Of a stretch of 44,990 bases of DNA, positions 16,330-25,743 are shown piece by piece; within the stretch, counting starts at the first letter, position 1, and each line of letters opens with the position of its first letter. This DNA comes from a virus, in UHGV virus genome UHGV-0386548, one strand, 5' to 3'. A program made the translations under genes and the position numbers. The notes beneath the pieces were generated by a model. That model saw nothing but the letters and a program-made list of their open reading frames with translations, searched no databases and was not told the origin of the DNA.

Positions 16330-16460
16330 TAGCAATCATTATATTAGTTTTACTACTATTTGGCTCTATACTTGAACAGAATGATCTAAAACATCAGTTA
16401 GAAGTGAAAGAGTATGAAATTGAAGTGTTAAGAGATAAGTTGGAGAATGGAGGGTAAGCA
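16317..16460 (+). CDS. Small membrane peptide (47 aa)
   Basis: MWGVIAIIILVLLLFGSILEQ..., overlapping the neighbouring genes. Confidence 0.35.
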
Positions 16461-16879
16461 TGGGATTAAGAAAATCAACGCAACGCTATTTAGAAAGTGA
16501 ATTAAGCAATTATAGGCATATAGATAAAGATATCCAACGTGTGAGAGAAGAAGTGTTGAACCCTTGGCAACCCACTGACACTAATATTGGTGGAGATAGA
16601 GTGCATAGTAACGTTAGTGTCACGGAGATAAAAGCAACGCGTGTAGTGAATGATAGACGTTTATCTCAGTTAGCTAGAATGAAGTCTGCTATAGATATTG
16701 TATATCAAACAAGTAGTAAAGAGAGTCAACAGCTCATGGATATATATTACTTTAAAAAGCCGAGAACATTAAACCTTACTGGTGTTGCTCAAGAAATATG
16801 TGTGAGTAAATCAACAGCTTATGAGTTAAGGAAAGAAATACTTATTAGATTGGCAGATGAGTTAGGTATTATGCATTAG
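16460..16879 (+). CDS. rinA: RinA-family late-gene transcriptional activator
   Basis: 139 aa, positioned before the packaging module. The NPWQPTDTNIGGDRVHSN segment matches the staphylococcal RinA pattern. Confidence 0.8.
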   Translation: MGLRKSTQRYLESELSNYRHIDKDIQRVREEVLNPWQPTDTNIGGDRVHSNVSVTEIKATRVVNDRRLSQLARMKSAIDIVYQTSSKESQQLMDIYYFKKPRTLNLTGVAQEICVSKSTAYELRKEILIRLADELGIMH

Positions 16880-16889
16880 GAGTGAGGAT

Positions 16890-17156
16890 ATGAAAGCTAT
16901 AGAGATTTTAGAAGCAATATCAACAAAAATAAAAGAAGGAGAATATGTAGGCAATATTGGTATTATTGTTCAAATAAAAGATGATGAAATGTTAGAAGAA
17001 GGGAAGAAAGCTAAAAGTATTTTAGAAGCATTCGCCGAAAGAGTAGAATTAAAAGTAGTAAAAGCTGGTAAATATCAATTATCGCAATTTCCAAACAACG
17101 ACTATCCAGTTTTTCGATTAACTGCTGGACCGTTTGGAAAAAGTCTGGAAAAATAA
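16890..17156 (+). CDS. Hypothetical protein inserted between rinA and terS
   Basis: 88 aa. No recognisable motif. Confidence 0.5.
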   Translation: MKAIEILEAISTKIKEGEYVGNIGIIVQIKDDEMLEEGKKAKSILEAFAERVELKVVKAGKYQLSQFPNNDYPVFRLTAGPFGKSLEK

Positions 17157-17300
17157 CGTCACTAACGCTGTTATTATGATAGTGTAAGTTATTAAACGAC
17201 TTACCTCATGTAAACCTTTCTATTTTTATTCCTTTCAAATGATCGAACATAATTTTTCTCCTATGAACCTATCCGATAGAAAAGTCGGGTAGGTTATTAT

Positions 17301-17328
17301 TTGCAATTTTTGTATTTTTTTATACAAT
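17301..17328 (+). promoter_or_regulatory. Putative sigma-A promoter for the small-gene insertion (-35 TTGCAA 17301-17306, 16-nt spacer, -10 TACAAT 17323-17328)
   Basis: Read from the sequence in an AT-rich 210-bp intergenic gap. RBS GGAGG at 17353-17357. Confidence 0.5.
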
Positions 17329-17365
17329 TAATTGTGTAATATTTAAAATCAATGGAGGATTAAAA

Positions 17366-17575
17366 ATGGAAAAAAACAAAGAATTTATTGTTAAAATGAC
17401 TGATATATCAGGAAATATTAACAGCGTTACAATTTATGGTACATCAAAGGGATCTATAATTAATACAATTAATGATAAACTCAACGAACTAAGAGATACA
17501 GAAAGATTTATTCGTATCGCAGAAAATAATTTTTTTAATTTAAACAATATAGTATCGATAGAAGTTGTAGATTAA
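17366..17575 (+). CDS. Stand-alone small gene (69 aa) with its own promoter and terminator; moron-like insertion of unknown function
   Basis: Translates MEKNKEFIVKMTDISGNINSVTIYGTSKGSIINTINDKLNELRDTERFIRIAENNFFNLNNIVSIEVVD. Flanked by the promoter and the 17582-17604 terminator. Confidence 0.55.
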   Translation: MEKNKEFIVKMTDISGNINSVTIYGTSKGSIINTINDKLNELRDTERFIRIAENNFFNLNNIVSIEVVD

Positions 17576-17581
17576 TAAAAT

Positions 17582-17604
17582 CGCCCAAATAGGGCGTTTT
17601 TTTA
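17582..17604 (+). terminator. Rho-independent terminator (CGCCC-AAATA-GGGCG + T7)
   Basis: Perfect 5-bp GC stem followed by TTTTTTT, immediately after the small-gene stop. Confidence 0.7.
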
Positions 17605-17649
17605 TGTAGAAAAATAAAGCTATTAGCGTGAGAGTTGGTGATATATGAG

Positions 17650-18036
17650 ATGACAAAAATGCAAAATAATGCAACATTTGGCGCGTATTTAGAGTTAACT
17701 AAGAAACAGCAAGAATATATACGCCTCAAAAACGAAACGGATTTGAATGAAGGTGAAATCGCTTCTGAAATTGATGTAAACCGTTCTACTATCTCGCGAT
17801 GGAAAAACAACGATAAATTTAGAGAAGGTTTCAAAGGCTATCAAGTAGAATATTTATCTAATCAAGTACCTAAAGCACTACAAACAATGATTAACTTGTT
17901 AGATGCTAAGAGTGAATTGGTTAGGTTTCAAGCGTCTAAGGATATATTAGACCGTTCAGGTTATACTCCAGTAGATAAACAAGAATTAGAATTAACTACC
18001 CCTACAATTATTAACAACATTCCATTAGAGGATTAA
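17650..18036 (+). CDS. terS: Terminase small subunit
   Basis: HTH GEIASEIDVNRSTISRWKNN. ~130 aa, immediately upstream of TerL. The ORF track extends to 17635 (TTG); ATG 17650 (MTKMQNN) is more likely. Confidence 0.8.
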   Translation: MTKMQNNATFGAYLELTKKQQEYIRLKNETDLNEGEIASEIDVNRSTISRWKNNDKFREGFKGYQVEYLSNQVPKALQTMINLLDAKSELVRFQASKDILDRSGYTPVDKQELELTTPTIINNIPLED

Positions 18037-18038
18037 CT

Positions 18039-19325
18039 ATGGAAGTACAGTTAGATAAAATCGTTGGTGGAGGATATAACCAATTTTTTAATAACAAAAA
18101 CTTTTACAGAGTTGTGAAAGGTTCAAGGGGTAGTAAAAAATCTAAGACGACTGCAATTAATTTTATTTATAGAATTATGGAGTATAACTGGGCAAACTTA
18201 CTTGTTGTCAGACGTTTTAGTAATACTAACAAGCAATCGACATATACCGATTTGCGTTGGGCTACAAATAGACTGGGAGTCAAACACTTATTTAAATTCA
18301 ATGATAGTTTACCAGAGATAACGTATAAACCCACTGGCCAAAAAATATTATTTAGAGGTCTTGATGACCCTTTGAAAATAACATCTATAACAGTAGAAAA
18401 TGGCATACTTTGTTGGGCTTGGTTTGAAGAAGCCTATCAGATAGAAACGTTCGATAAATTTAGTACTGTTGTCGAATCTATACGTGGTTCTATTGATGAT
18501 TCTGAATTTTTTAAACAGATAACGGTCACATTCAACCCCTGGAGTGAGAGACATTGGCTTAAACCTACATTCTTTGACGAAGATACTAAGTTGAACAACA
18601 CATTTTCATATACAACAACCTATCGAGTAAATGAATGGCTTGATGAGGTCGATATTGCGCGTTATGAGGATTTGTACAGAACAAACCCAAGGCGTGCAAG
18701 AATTGTTTGTGATGGAGATTGGGGTGTAGCAGAAGGGCTGGTGTTTGAGAATTTCGAGGTTAAGGAGTTTGACTGGGTTAAAAAGTTGAAAGAAAAGCAA
18801 GTTGTAGCTCATGGCAGTGACTTTGGGTTCACTCAAGATCCTACAACACTTATTAGTACTATCGTTGACTTAAAGAATAAAGAGTTATGGATATACGATG
18901 AGCATTATCAAAGAGGCATGCTGACCGATGAGATATATCAAATGTATCTTGATAAAGGACTGAAAAACGCAAAGATAATTGCAGATAGTGCAGAGAAGCG
19001 ATTGATAACAGAGATTAAACGTAAAGGCATTTCTAATCTCAAACCATCTATTAAAGGTCAAGGTTCTATCATGCAAGGTGTTCAATTTATACAAGGTTTC
19101 AAAATATATGTACATCCAACATGTGAACATACGATAGAAGAATTAAACACTTATACATTCGACCAAGACAAAGACGGTAACTGGTTAAATAAACCAATAG
19201 ATGCAAATAACCATTTAATGGATGCATTGAGATATAGCTTAGAAGAATTCCATTTCCCTAGAAATAACAGAACGAATGTCAATATTAAGAAGAATATTAG
19301 CCGAGCAAAGGCGATGGGCTTATAA
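18039..19325 (+). CDS. terL: Terminase large subunit (Terminase_3/PBSX-type ATPase-nuclease)
   Basis: N-terminal Walker A-like KGSRGSKKSKTT. 428 aa. Acidic nuclease-domain residues toward the C-terminus. Position. Confidence 0.9.
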   Translation: MEVQLDKIVGGGYNQFFNNKNFYRVVKGSRGSKKSKTTAINFIYRIMEYNWANLLVVRRFSNTNKQSTYTDLRWATNRLGVKHLFKFNDSLPEITYKPTGQKILFRGLDDPLKITSITVENGILCWAWFEEAYQIETFDKFSTVVESIRGSIDDSEFFKQITVTFNPWSERHWLKPTFFDEDTKLNNTFSYTTTYRVNEWLDEVDIARYEDLYRTNPRRARIVCDGDWGVAEGLVFENFEVKEFDWVKKLKEKQVVAHGSDFGFTQDPTTLISTIVDLKNKELWIYDEHYQRGMLTDEIYQMYLDKGLKNAKIIADSAEKRLITEIKRKGISNLKPSIKGQGSIMQGVQFIQGFKIYVHPTCEHTIEELNTYTFDQDKDGNWLNKPIDANNHLMDALRYSLEEFHFPRNNRTNVNIKKNISRAKAMGL

Positions 19326-19337
19326 AGGAGGTAACAC

Positions 19338-20870
19338 ATGGCACACGTAAACAATTTCGAAAGAGATATTGAACGACGACAAATGCGTGATGAAATATAC
19401 AGACGTGACGCAGTTGAAACTTACAAATACGATGGTACAACACAAGACTTGTTAGATAATCCTAACGACATCAGCGACTTTATTCGTCATCATTTAGAAG
19501 CACAAGTGCCTAGACTTCAAATGCTAGATGATTATTATCAGGGTTTGAACTTTAACATCATGCGAAACAAAAGGCGTAGAGAAAAGCACTTAGCAGATAA
19601 TAGAGCTGCTCATGACTTCGCTTCTTACATTACAGACTTTATTAACGGTTACTGCTTCGGTCATGCCATACAAGTACAATCAGAAGGCAATATGACACAA
19701 GATAAAATAGATCAGTTGCATGCAATAAACGACATTGATAGTCACAATCGTTCACTGGGGTTAGATTTATCTATATTTGGCCGTGCTTATGAATACATCA
19801 TACGTAATCAACAAGATGAAGTTAGAATTTATAAATCAGACCCACGTAATACATTCGTTATATACGATACTACCATTGAGAAAAATAGTATTATGGCTGT
19901 TAGATATTGGAAAGTATCGACAGAAGATAGTGTCGAGATGACTGAGGTAGAAAGCAATATCTACTATGTTGATGTAATTACTGATAATGCAACATATTTC
20001 TTTGTGGCGAACAGTGTTACTAACTTAGAGTTATCAGAGCGTAAACCTCCTGAAGCGCATTCATTTGGCAAAGTAACTATTACAGAGTTTAGCAATAATG
20101 AAAAGCGACGCGGAGACTTTGAAAAGGTCATACCACTTATTGACTTATATGATGAGGCGCAGTCAGATACAGCTAACTATATGAGTGATTTAAATGACGC
20201 AATGCTACTCATCAAAGGCAACGTTGACCTGAATGAAGAAGTAGCGACACTGCAAAAAGAGGCTAATGTGTTCCATCTAGCACCTCCTGAATATACAACG
20301 GTAGATGATAAAGTAACGGAAGGTAATGTAGACGCTCAATACATCTATAAACAATATGATGTAAGTGGCGTTGAATCGTATAAAACAAGAATTGCTAAAG
20401 ACATTCACACACTCACTAACACACCAGATATGACTGATGAAAACTTTGGAGGTCAACAATCTGGAGAAGCCATGAAATATAAGCTATTTGGTTTAGAACA
20501 ACGTACAGCGATTAAAGAAGGTCTATTTCGAAAAGGCTTAGTTAGACGTTACAAGTTAGTTGGAGAAATTATGAGTATCAATAGAGAAATAGATAAGGAC
20601 AACCTTAGAGACTTGATATTCACATTCACAAGAAACTTGCCTAAGTCACTGACAGAAGAAATGCAAATGTACATCAATTCTGGTGGAGAAATCAGTCAGA
20701 AAACATTAATGTCTCTTGTTTCTTTCATAGACAATCCTAAAGATGAAGTTGAACGTATCAGAAAAGAACAAGAAGAAAAGATAAAACATTCTGATGAGTT
20801 GATGTTCAATGATCTAACTGATAACCCACCATCGGAAGAAGATGACGAAACACCTTACAATAAGGGGTGA
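19338..20870 (+). CDS. Portal protein (SPP1 gp6-like)
   Basis: 510 aa, immediately after TerL. Acidic C-terminus. Confidence 0.88.
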   Translation: MAHVNNFERDIERRQMRDEIYRRDAVETYKYDGTTQDLLDNPNDISDFIRHHLEAQVPRLQMLDDYYQGLNFNIMRNKRRREKHLADNRAAHDFASYITDFINGYCFGHAIQVQSEGNMTQDKIDQLHAINDIDSHNRSLGLDLSIFGRAYEYIIRNQQDEVRIYKSDPRNTFVIYDTTIEKNSIMAVRYWKVSTEDSVEMTEVESNIYYVDVITDNATYFFVANSVTNLELSERKPPEAHSFGKVTITEFSNNEKRRGDFEKVIPLIDLYDEAQSDTANYMSDLNDAMLLIKGNVDLNEEVATLQKEANVFHLAPPEYTTVDDKVTEGNVDAQYIYKQYDVSGVESYKTRIAKDIHTLTNTPDMTDENFGGQQSGEAMKYKLFGLEQRTAIKEGLFRKGLVRRYKLVGEIMSINREIDKDNLRDLIFTFTRNLPKSLTEEMQMYINSGGEISQKTLMSLVSFIDNPKDEVERIRKEQEEKIKHSDELMFNDLTDNPPSEEDDETPYNKG

Positions 20871-20876
20871 TAATAC

Positions 20877-21827
20877 ATGACTTATTGGGACAATAGAGCG
20901 AAAGAAATCATCAAAGATGAAACACTAAGTGATAAAGAAATGTCGCTCGAGATAGAACGTATTATCAACAACATGATTAATGATATTGAGAATGAGATAT
21001 CTAAGTTCTACGCTCGATATGCAGACAGCGAAGGCATTAGTATTTCAGAAGCTAAAAAGAAAATTGATAACTTCGATGTTCAATCTTTCGCTAATAAAGC
21101 TAGAAAATATGTACAAGATAACGACTTTAGTGAAAGAGCAAATAGAGAACTAAAAAGATATAATACTGCGATGTACGTAAACAGGGAAAAGCTACTAAAA
21201 GCGCAGCTAGGATTAATCGTAACGTATTCATATGCACAGATAGAGCAATCAATGTACAACTATATGGAAAGTGCTTATTATCGCTCGTTAAAACAACAGG
21301 CAGGCATATTAGGTGAAACGTTACATGTATCATTAAACGATGTTAAAACGATCGTTACTGCACCTTTCCAAAACTCTAATTGGTCTCGTAGACTATGGCG
21401 TGATATGAAAGTAGTTAGACACCATGTTGAAAAAGCGACAAGTCAAGTATTACTAAGAGGTCGCCATCCTTACGAATTCGTAAAAGAATTTAGAAAAGAA
21501 ACTGGCAATAGTACGTATGAGATAAGACGTTTACTCACAACGGAAACAGCTAGAGTACAAACATTAGCTGCAAAGCGTCATATGTTAGAACAACATGGAC
21601 CTGACGCAGAATATGAATATCACGCTAAGATGGATAGTAAGACAACAAAGACGTGCAGAGGATTAAACAAAAAAGTTTTCAAAGTTAAAGATATGCAACC
21701 TGGCGTAAACGCTCCGCCGATGCATCCTTTTTGTCGGAGTGCTGTCGCACCACACATCAATCCTGATTGGCGTGATAAGTTCTTTGAAGAGCGCGAAGGA
21801 AGATATTTCGGAGGCGTTGTTAAATAA
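20877..21827 (+). CDS. Minor head / head-morphogenesis protein (Mu gpF / SPP1 gp7-like)
   Basis: 316 aa following portal. Conserved order in staphylococcal siphoviruses. Confidence 0.78.
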   Translation: MTYWDNRAKEIIKDETLSDKEMSLEIERIINNMINDIENEISKFYARYADSEGISISEAKKKIDNFDVQSFANKARKYVQDNDFSERANRELKRYNTAMYVNREKLLKAQLGLIVTYSYAQIEQSMYNYMESAYYRSLKQQAGILGETLHVSLNDVKTIVTAPFQNSNWSRRLWRDMKVVRHHVEKATSQVLLRGRHPYEFVKEFRKETGNSTYEIRRLLTTETARVQTLAAKRHMLEQHGPDAEYEYHAKMDSKTTKTCRGLNKKVFKVKDMQPGVNAPPMHPFCRSAVAPHINPDWRDKFFEEREGRYFGGVVK

Positions 21828-21846
21828 TTAAAAGGAGGTGTTGTAA

Positions 21847-22392
21847 ATGCCAGATGATAATAATCTTACAAATACACCGCCAGTTACTAATGAAGGTGTA
21901 GCAGAAGAAATTGTTGATAATTCTGTAGGGGATTATGAAGATGCTGATTGGGAAGAAGAAGAAGTGCTAGACACTGATTTCAGTGATGAAGAAGATAGCA
22001 TGTATGAAGATGATTTCATGGAAGATGACGACGAATTTGAAGAAGATGAAAACTGGGAAGAAGAGTACGACTTTTCTGATGACTTTGATCAAGAGGATTT
22101 AGATTTCTTAGAGGGGCTAGGCGGTCCTGAAGAAGCATTAGAAGATGAGTACGAAGAAGATTACGAAACAGAAGAAGGCCTATATGACGTCACTGAACTT
22201 GATGGTGATACAATCGATGAGTATGACAAGTACGATGAAAGTTACTTGCAAGATAGATTAGATGATGTGTATGACGAATACAATCAGATATTTAATAAAG
22301 AGCCATCAGATATCATCAAAGATAGTATGACAACTCAAGAGAAGATAGACAAAATTGTTGATGCAATTCAAGAGGGTGGAAACGGTGTGTAA
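21847..22392 (+). CDS. Hyper-acidic head-module protein (about half Asp/Glu, rich in Tyr/Phe/Trp)
   Basis: Sequence such as EDADWEEEEVLDTDFSDEEDSMYEDDFMEDDDEFEEDENWEEEYDFSDDFDQEDLDF... RBS AAGGAGGTG. Confidence 0.6.
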   Translation: MPDDNNLTNTPPVTNEGVAEEIVDNSVGDYEDADWEEEEVLDTDFSDEEDSMYEDDFMEDDDEFEEDENWEEEYDFSDDFDQEDLDFLEGLGGPEEALEDEYEEDYETEEGLYDVTELDGDTIDEYDKYDESYLQDRLDDVYDEYNQIFNKEPSDIIKDSMTTQEKIDKIVDAIQEGGNGV

Positions 22393-22531
22393 TGAACGTA
22401 TCGCTAAAGCTCTCGAAGGCATTCAATATGAATTGAAAAGATTGAATGACTCGAACCCTAGTAACCAAGCACAAGTGAAGCAGAAAGAGCCTGAGAAGAA
22501 AGAGTTTAAACCTAAAAATTTTATTTAGAGG

Positions 22532-22732
22532 GTGTTAGCTGAAATGGCTATAGAAGTATACGAATTAAAGACAGTAAGTTCATATCCAGGTTACGAAACA
22601 GTTAAAAGTTATAGATTAAGTGAAGGTAGTAGAGAACATCTAGATTTATTATCTAGAAACAAAAGAGATATACCAGTGATTCAAAAAACTAATGTTACTA
22701 CTGATGAATATGGATTTTCATATTTAAAATAA
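22532..22732 (+). CDS. Hypothetical small protein
   Basis: 66 aa. RBS GAGGGTG. Confidence 0.45.
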   Translation: MLAEMAIEVYELKTVSSYPGYETVKSYRLSEGSREHLDLLSRNKRDIPVIQKTNVTTDEYGFSYLK

Positions 22733-22902
22733 TATTTTGACCTAAGCAAGTCATTAAACTGCTAATAACATAATCAACTGGATTAATACAATGTAATAAA
22801 CATAAACATCAGCACACTTTATTGGGCTTAACCGCACTATAATGGGTGCTTTTTTTATGCGTAAAATCATTCGTGTTAAGACTGTTTGAAAGGACGATAT
22901 AA

Positions 22903-23514
22903 ATGAATGAAATTAAACGATTAAAGCTAAATTTACAGCATTTCGCTGAAGATAATCCAAATGATCCTGAAGGAAAAGATAAACAAAGTGGAAATGACCA
23001 AGGCGATGATGACAAAAAATTTTTTGAATTAACTCAAAGTGAGTTAGATAGTCAAAAACACAAGGCTGTAAATAAAGCATTAGCAAATCAAGAGAAAAAA
23101 TTCGAACAAAGGTTAAAAGAAGCTGTTGAAAATGCACGTTCTGAAGCTGAAAGCTACGCTAAGTTAACTGAAAAAGAGAAGAAAGACAAAGAAATTGAGA
23201 AACGCGAACAAGCCTTAGCTGAAAAGGAAAAAGAATTTAAATTGCGTGAACTCAAAGCTGATGTAGAAAGTGACTTAAAAGAAAAAGGTCTACCTACTTC
23301 GTTTGCACAGTCTTTAATTCATTTGGAAGATAACGAACAAATTAATGATGTCGTTAATTCGATTAAAGAAGATTTCGACAAAGCTGTACAAGAGCAAGTT
23401 AAAGAAGCTACACGTCAATCAACACCTTACGGACAAGGTAGTGACGTATCTTCTAAAAAAGAAACATCTAAAAGTTTTGCAGAAATAGCAAGACAAAATA
23501 GAATAATTCAATAA
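22903..23514 (+). CDS. Capsid scaffolding protein
   Basis: The N-terminal KRLKLNLQHFAE motif is shared with Staph-phage scaffold proteins. Highly charged coiled-coil, immediately upstream of the major capsid gene. Confidence 0.8.
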   Translation: MNEIKRLKLNLQHFAEDNPNDPEGKDKQSGNDQGDDDKKFFELTQSELDSQKHKAVNKALANQEKKFEQRLKEAVENARSEAESYAKLTEKEKKDKEIEKREQALAEKEKEFKLRELKADVESDLKEKGLPTSFAQSLIHLEDNEQINDVVNSIKEDFDKAVQEQVKEATRQSTPYGQGSDVSSKKETSKSFAEIARQNRIIQ

Positions 23515-23530
23515 ATTGGAGGCATTTTAA

Positions 23531-24460
23531 ATGGTAAAAGTAAACCCACAAACATTCAATCCAGATAATGTAATGATGCATGAGCACAAAGAAGGGGAAT
23601 TGTTAAACGATTTCAACGAGCCTATTCTTTTAGATGTATTGCAAAACTCTAAAATCATGCAATTAGGTAAATACCAAGATATGGGCGGAAAGTCAGAGAA
23701 AAAGTTCACTTACTGGGCAGATAAACCAGGCGCTTACTGGGTAGGAGAAGGTCAAAAAATCCAAACTTCTAAACCTAGCTTACTTGAGGCGTCTATGCGT
23801 TCTCATAAATTAGGTGTTATCATCGTTGCTTCTCGTGAATACTTAAACTACACTTACTCTCGTTTCTTCGAAGCAATGAAACCTCAAATCGCTGAACAGT
23901 TCTATAAAAAGTTTGACGAAGCAGGTTTATTAAATGTAGATAACCCATTCAAACAATCAGTAGAACAATCAGCTACTGCAGCTAACAATGTAGTAAAAGG
24001 TGATATCACTTTAAAAAATATCTTAGCTTTAGAGGACACTTTATTAGAAGATGATGTTGAAGCTAACGCTTTCTTATCTAAAACACAAAATCGCACTGCG
24101 TTACGTGGAGTTCGTGATGAAGATACTAAAGAAAGCTATTATGACCGTGCTAACAACACACTAGACGGACTTCCAGTTGTTGACCTTAAATCAGACCAAT
24201 TTAAAAAAGGTGACTTATACGCTGGAGACTTCAACAAAGTGTTTTATGGCATTCCTTACAACATGTCTTACAAAATTTCAGAAGATGGTCAATTATCAAC
24301 AGTACAAAATGCTGACGGTTCACCAGTAAACTTATTCGAACAAGAATTAATCGCTTTACGTGTAACTATGGACGTTGCGTTCCATATTGCAGATGATAAA
24401 GCATTTGCTAAATTAACAGCTGGTTCTGGTTCAACTGGTGGAAATACTGAAACCGTATAA
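23531..24460 (+). CDS. Major capsid protein (HK97 fold)
   Basis: [24 protein letters not shown]...KIMQLGKY...[20 protein letters not shown]...[29 protein letters not shown] closely parallels the 80alpha-type MCP. Confidence 0.93.
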   Translation: MVKVNPQTFNPDNVMMHEHKEGELLNDFNEPILLDVLQNSKIMQLGKYQDMGGKSEKKFTYWADKPGAYWVGEGQKIQTSKPSLLEASMRSHKLGVIIVASREYLNYTYSRFFEAMKPQIAEQFYKKFDEAGLLNVDNPFKQSVEQSATAANNVVKGDITLKNILALEDTLLEDDVEANAFLSKTQNRTALRGVRDEDTKESYYDRANNTLDGLPVVDLKSDQFKKGDLYAGDFNKVFYGIPYNMSYKISEDGQLSTVQNADGSPVNLFEQELIALRVTMDVAFHIADDKAFAKLTAGSGSTGGNTETV

Positions 24461-24481
24461 TTAATCGAGGAGGTTTAACTT

Positions 24482-24751
24482 ATGGCTTATTCTTATAAAG
24501 TTGTACGCGACTTCATTAATAAAGAAGATCAGAAAGAATATAAAGTAGGAAACGAGTTCCCTACTGATATTACTTCTAAGCGTATTGATGAATTATTTCA
24601 TAAGCAAAACGTATATAACAAGCAATACATCGCTTTAGATGTAGATGCTAAAGCAACAAAAGCTGAATTGTTGGAGATAGCTGAAAAACATAATGTAGAT
24701 GTATCAAAAGACGATACGAAAGCGGTAATTCTTAAAAAGTTGGAGGGATAA
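24482..24751 (+). CDS. Hypothetical head-module protein (Rho_N/SAP-like C-terminal helix)
   Basis: 89 aa; KATKAELLEIAEKHNVDVSKDDTKAVILKKL. Confidence 0.5.
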   Translation: MAYSYKVVRDFINKEDQKEYKVGNEFPTDITSKRIDELFHKQNVYNKQYIALDVDAKATKAELLEIAEKHNVDVSKDDTKAVILKKLEG

Positions 24752-24752
24752 C

Positions 24753-25082
24753 ATGGCAGTATTAGAAAATGTCAAAAAGTTACTCTCTATCAATGATGAT
24801 AAGCAAGATGAACTACTCGAAATAATCATAAACAATACAGAAAAGCGTTTGATTAGTTTGCTTCCTGTCGATATAGAAGAAGTTCCGGAACGATTGGAAT
24901 ACATTATCGAAGAAGTATCAGTCAAACGCTTTAATCGTGTTGGCGCTGAAGGTATGACACAAGAAAGTGTTGATGGTCGTTCAAATACATTCCAAAACAA
25001 TGATTTTGACGAATATTTGGATGTCATTAACGCTTTGTTTCCTAAAAATACAAGTAAACGTGGCAGAGGTGTATTTTATTGA
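24753..25082 (+). CDS. Head-tail connector (gp6-like)
   Basis: Size and position after MCP. Conserved synteny. Confidence 0.6.
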   Translation: MAVLENVKKLLSINDDKQDELLEIIINNTEKRLISLLPVDIEEVPERLEYIIEEVSVKRFNRVGAEGMTQESVDGRSNTFQNNDFDEYLDVINALFPKNTSKRGRGVFY

Positions 25083-25381
25083 GATACAATAAGCGCGTTT
25101 CATTTTCTAAGGAAACAAAAGGCAGTTACAACCCTAAAACAAGTAAGTACGATGTTAAGGAGAAAGTTTTTGATATAGTCCCTTGTAACATTTCTCCTTT
25201 GTCCCCGCAGCGTACAAGCCTAGAATATGGAGACGTAACAAAGCAAATCAACGTCATTCGTTTAAATGGTTACTTTGAGCCACAAGTTACACATGCTTAT
25301 ATCAAAGGTGTAAAACACATTATTACTAAACGTATCGATTATGAACATGACACTGTATTCTACGTTGAGGAGGTTAGTTGA
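25079..25381 (+). CDS. Head closure / head-tail adaptor protein
   Basis: Synteny; 100 aa. Confidence 0.5.
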   Translation: MRYNKRVSFSKETKGSYNPKTSKYDVKEKVFDIVPCNISPLSPQRTSLEYGDVTKQINVIRLNGYFEPQVTHAYIKGVKHIITKRIDYEHDTVFYVEEVS

Positions 25382-25743
25382 TGGCTAATGATATTGACGC
25401 TCTAATCAGCAGACTAGAGTACATGCACGACAACATCGATGACGATGTAGATGAAGTTCTAAAAAATAACGCTGGAGAATTTGCTAGAGATACTGTTGTA
25501 AGTGCTAAGTCAGTTATGAACAAAGGTTACTGGACAGGAAACTTAGCGCGTATGATTAGAGATACTAAAGAAGGCAACATGAAGTACGCTGTGACCTCTA
25601 ACGCTGGCTATAGTGGATTTTTAGAATACGGTACACGCTACATGGCTCCTGAAACGTTTATGTTCCCTGTTTATGAAAGATATACAAGGAAAGTCAGAGA
25701 GGACCTCGAGAGATTAATAAACGGTAAAACGGGGGGCATGTAA
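25378..25743 (+). CDS. Tail-component protein (HK97 gp10-like)
   Basis: Synteny; 121 aa. Confidence 0.5.
   Translation: MMANDIDALISRLEYMHDNIDDDVDEVLKNNAGEFARDTVVSAKSVMNKGYWTGNLARMIRDTKEGNMKYAVTSNAGYSGFLEYGTRYMAPETFMFPVYERYTRKVREDLERLINGKTGGM

Noticed and set aside
17205-17250. Perfect minus-strand RBS (AGGAGAAAAATT-ATG) starting a 14-codon ORF in the rinA-terS spacer
   Set aside because: The reading frame stops after 14 codons and I cannot support a function. It is probably a chance SD-like sequence in AT-rich DNA, although a leader peptide cannot be excluded.
17535-17834. 99-aa minus-strand ORF spanning the small-gene terminator and the terS start
   Set aside because: It crosses a strong terminator hairpin and the packaging-gene start. 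No RBS. Likely a chance ORF.
22385-22528. 47-aa GTG-initiated ORF overlapping the end of the acidic-protein gene
   Set aside because: It has a plausible RBS-like AGGGTGGA but a weak GTG start, a 4-nt overlap, and no recognisable features. Left uncalled.
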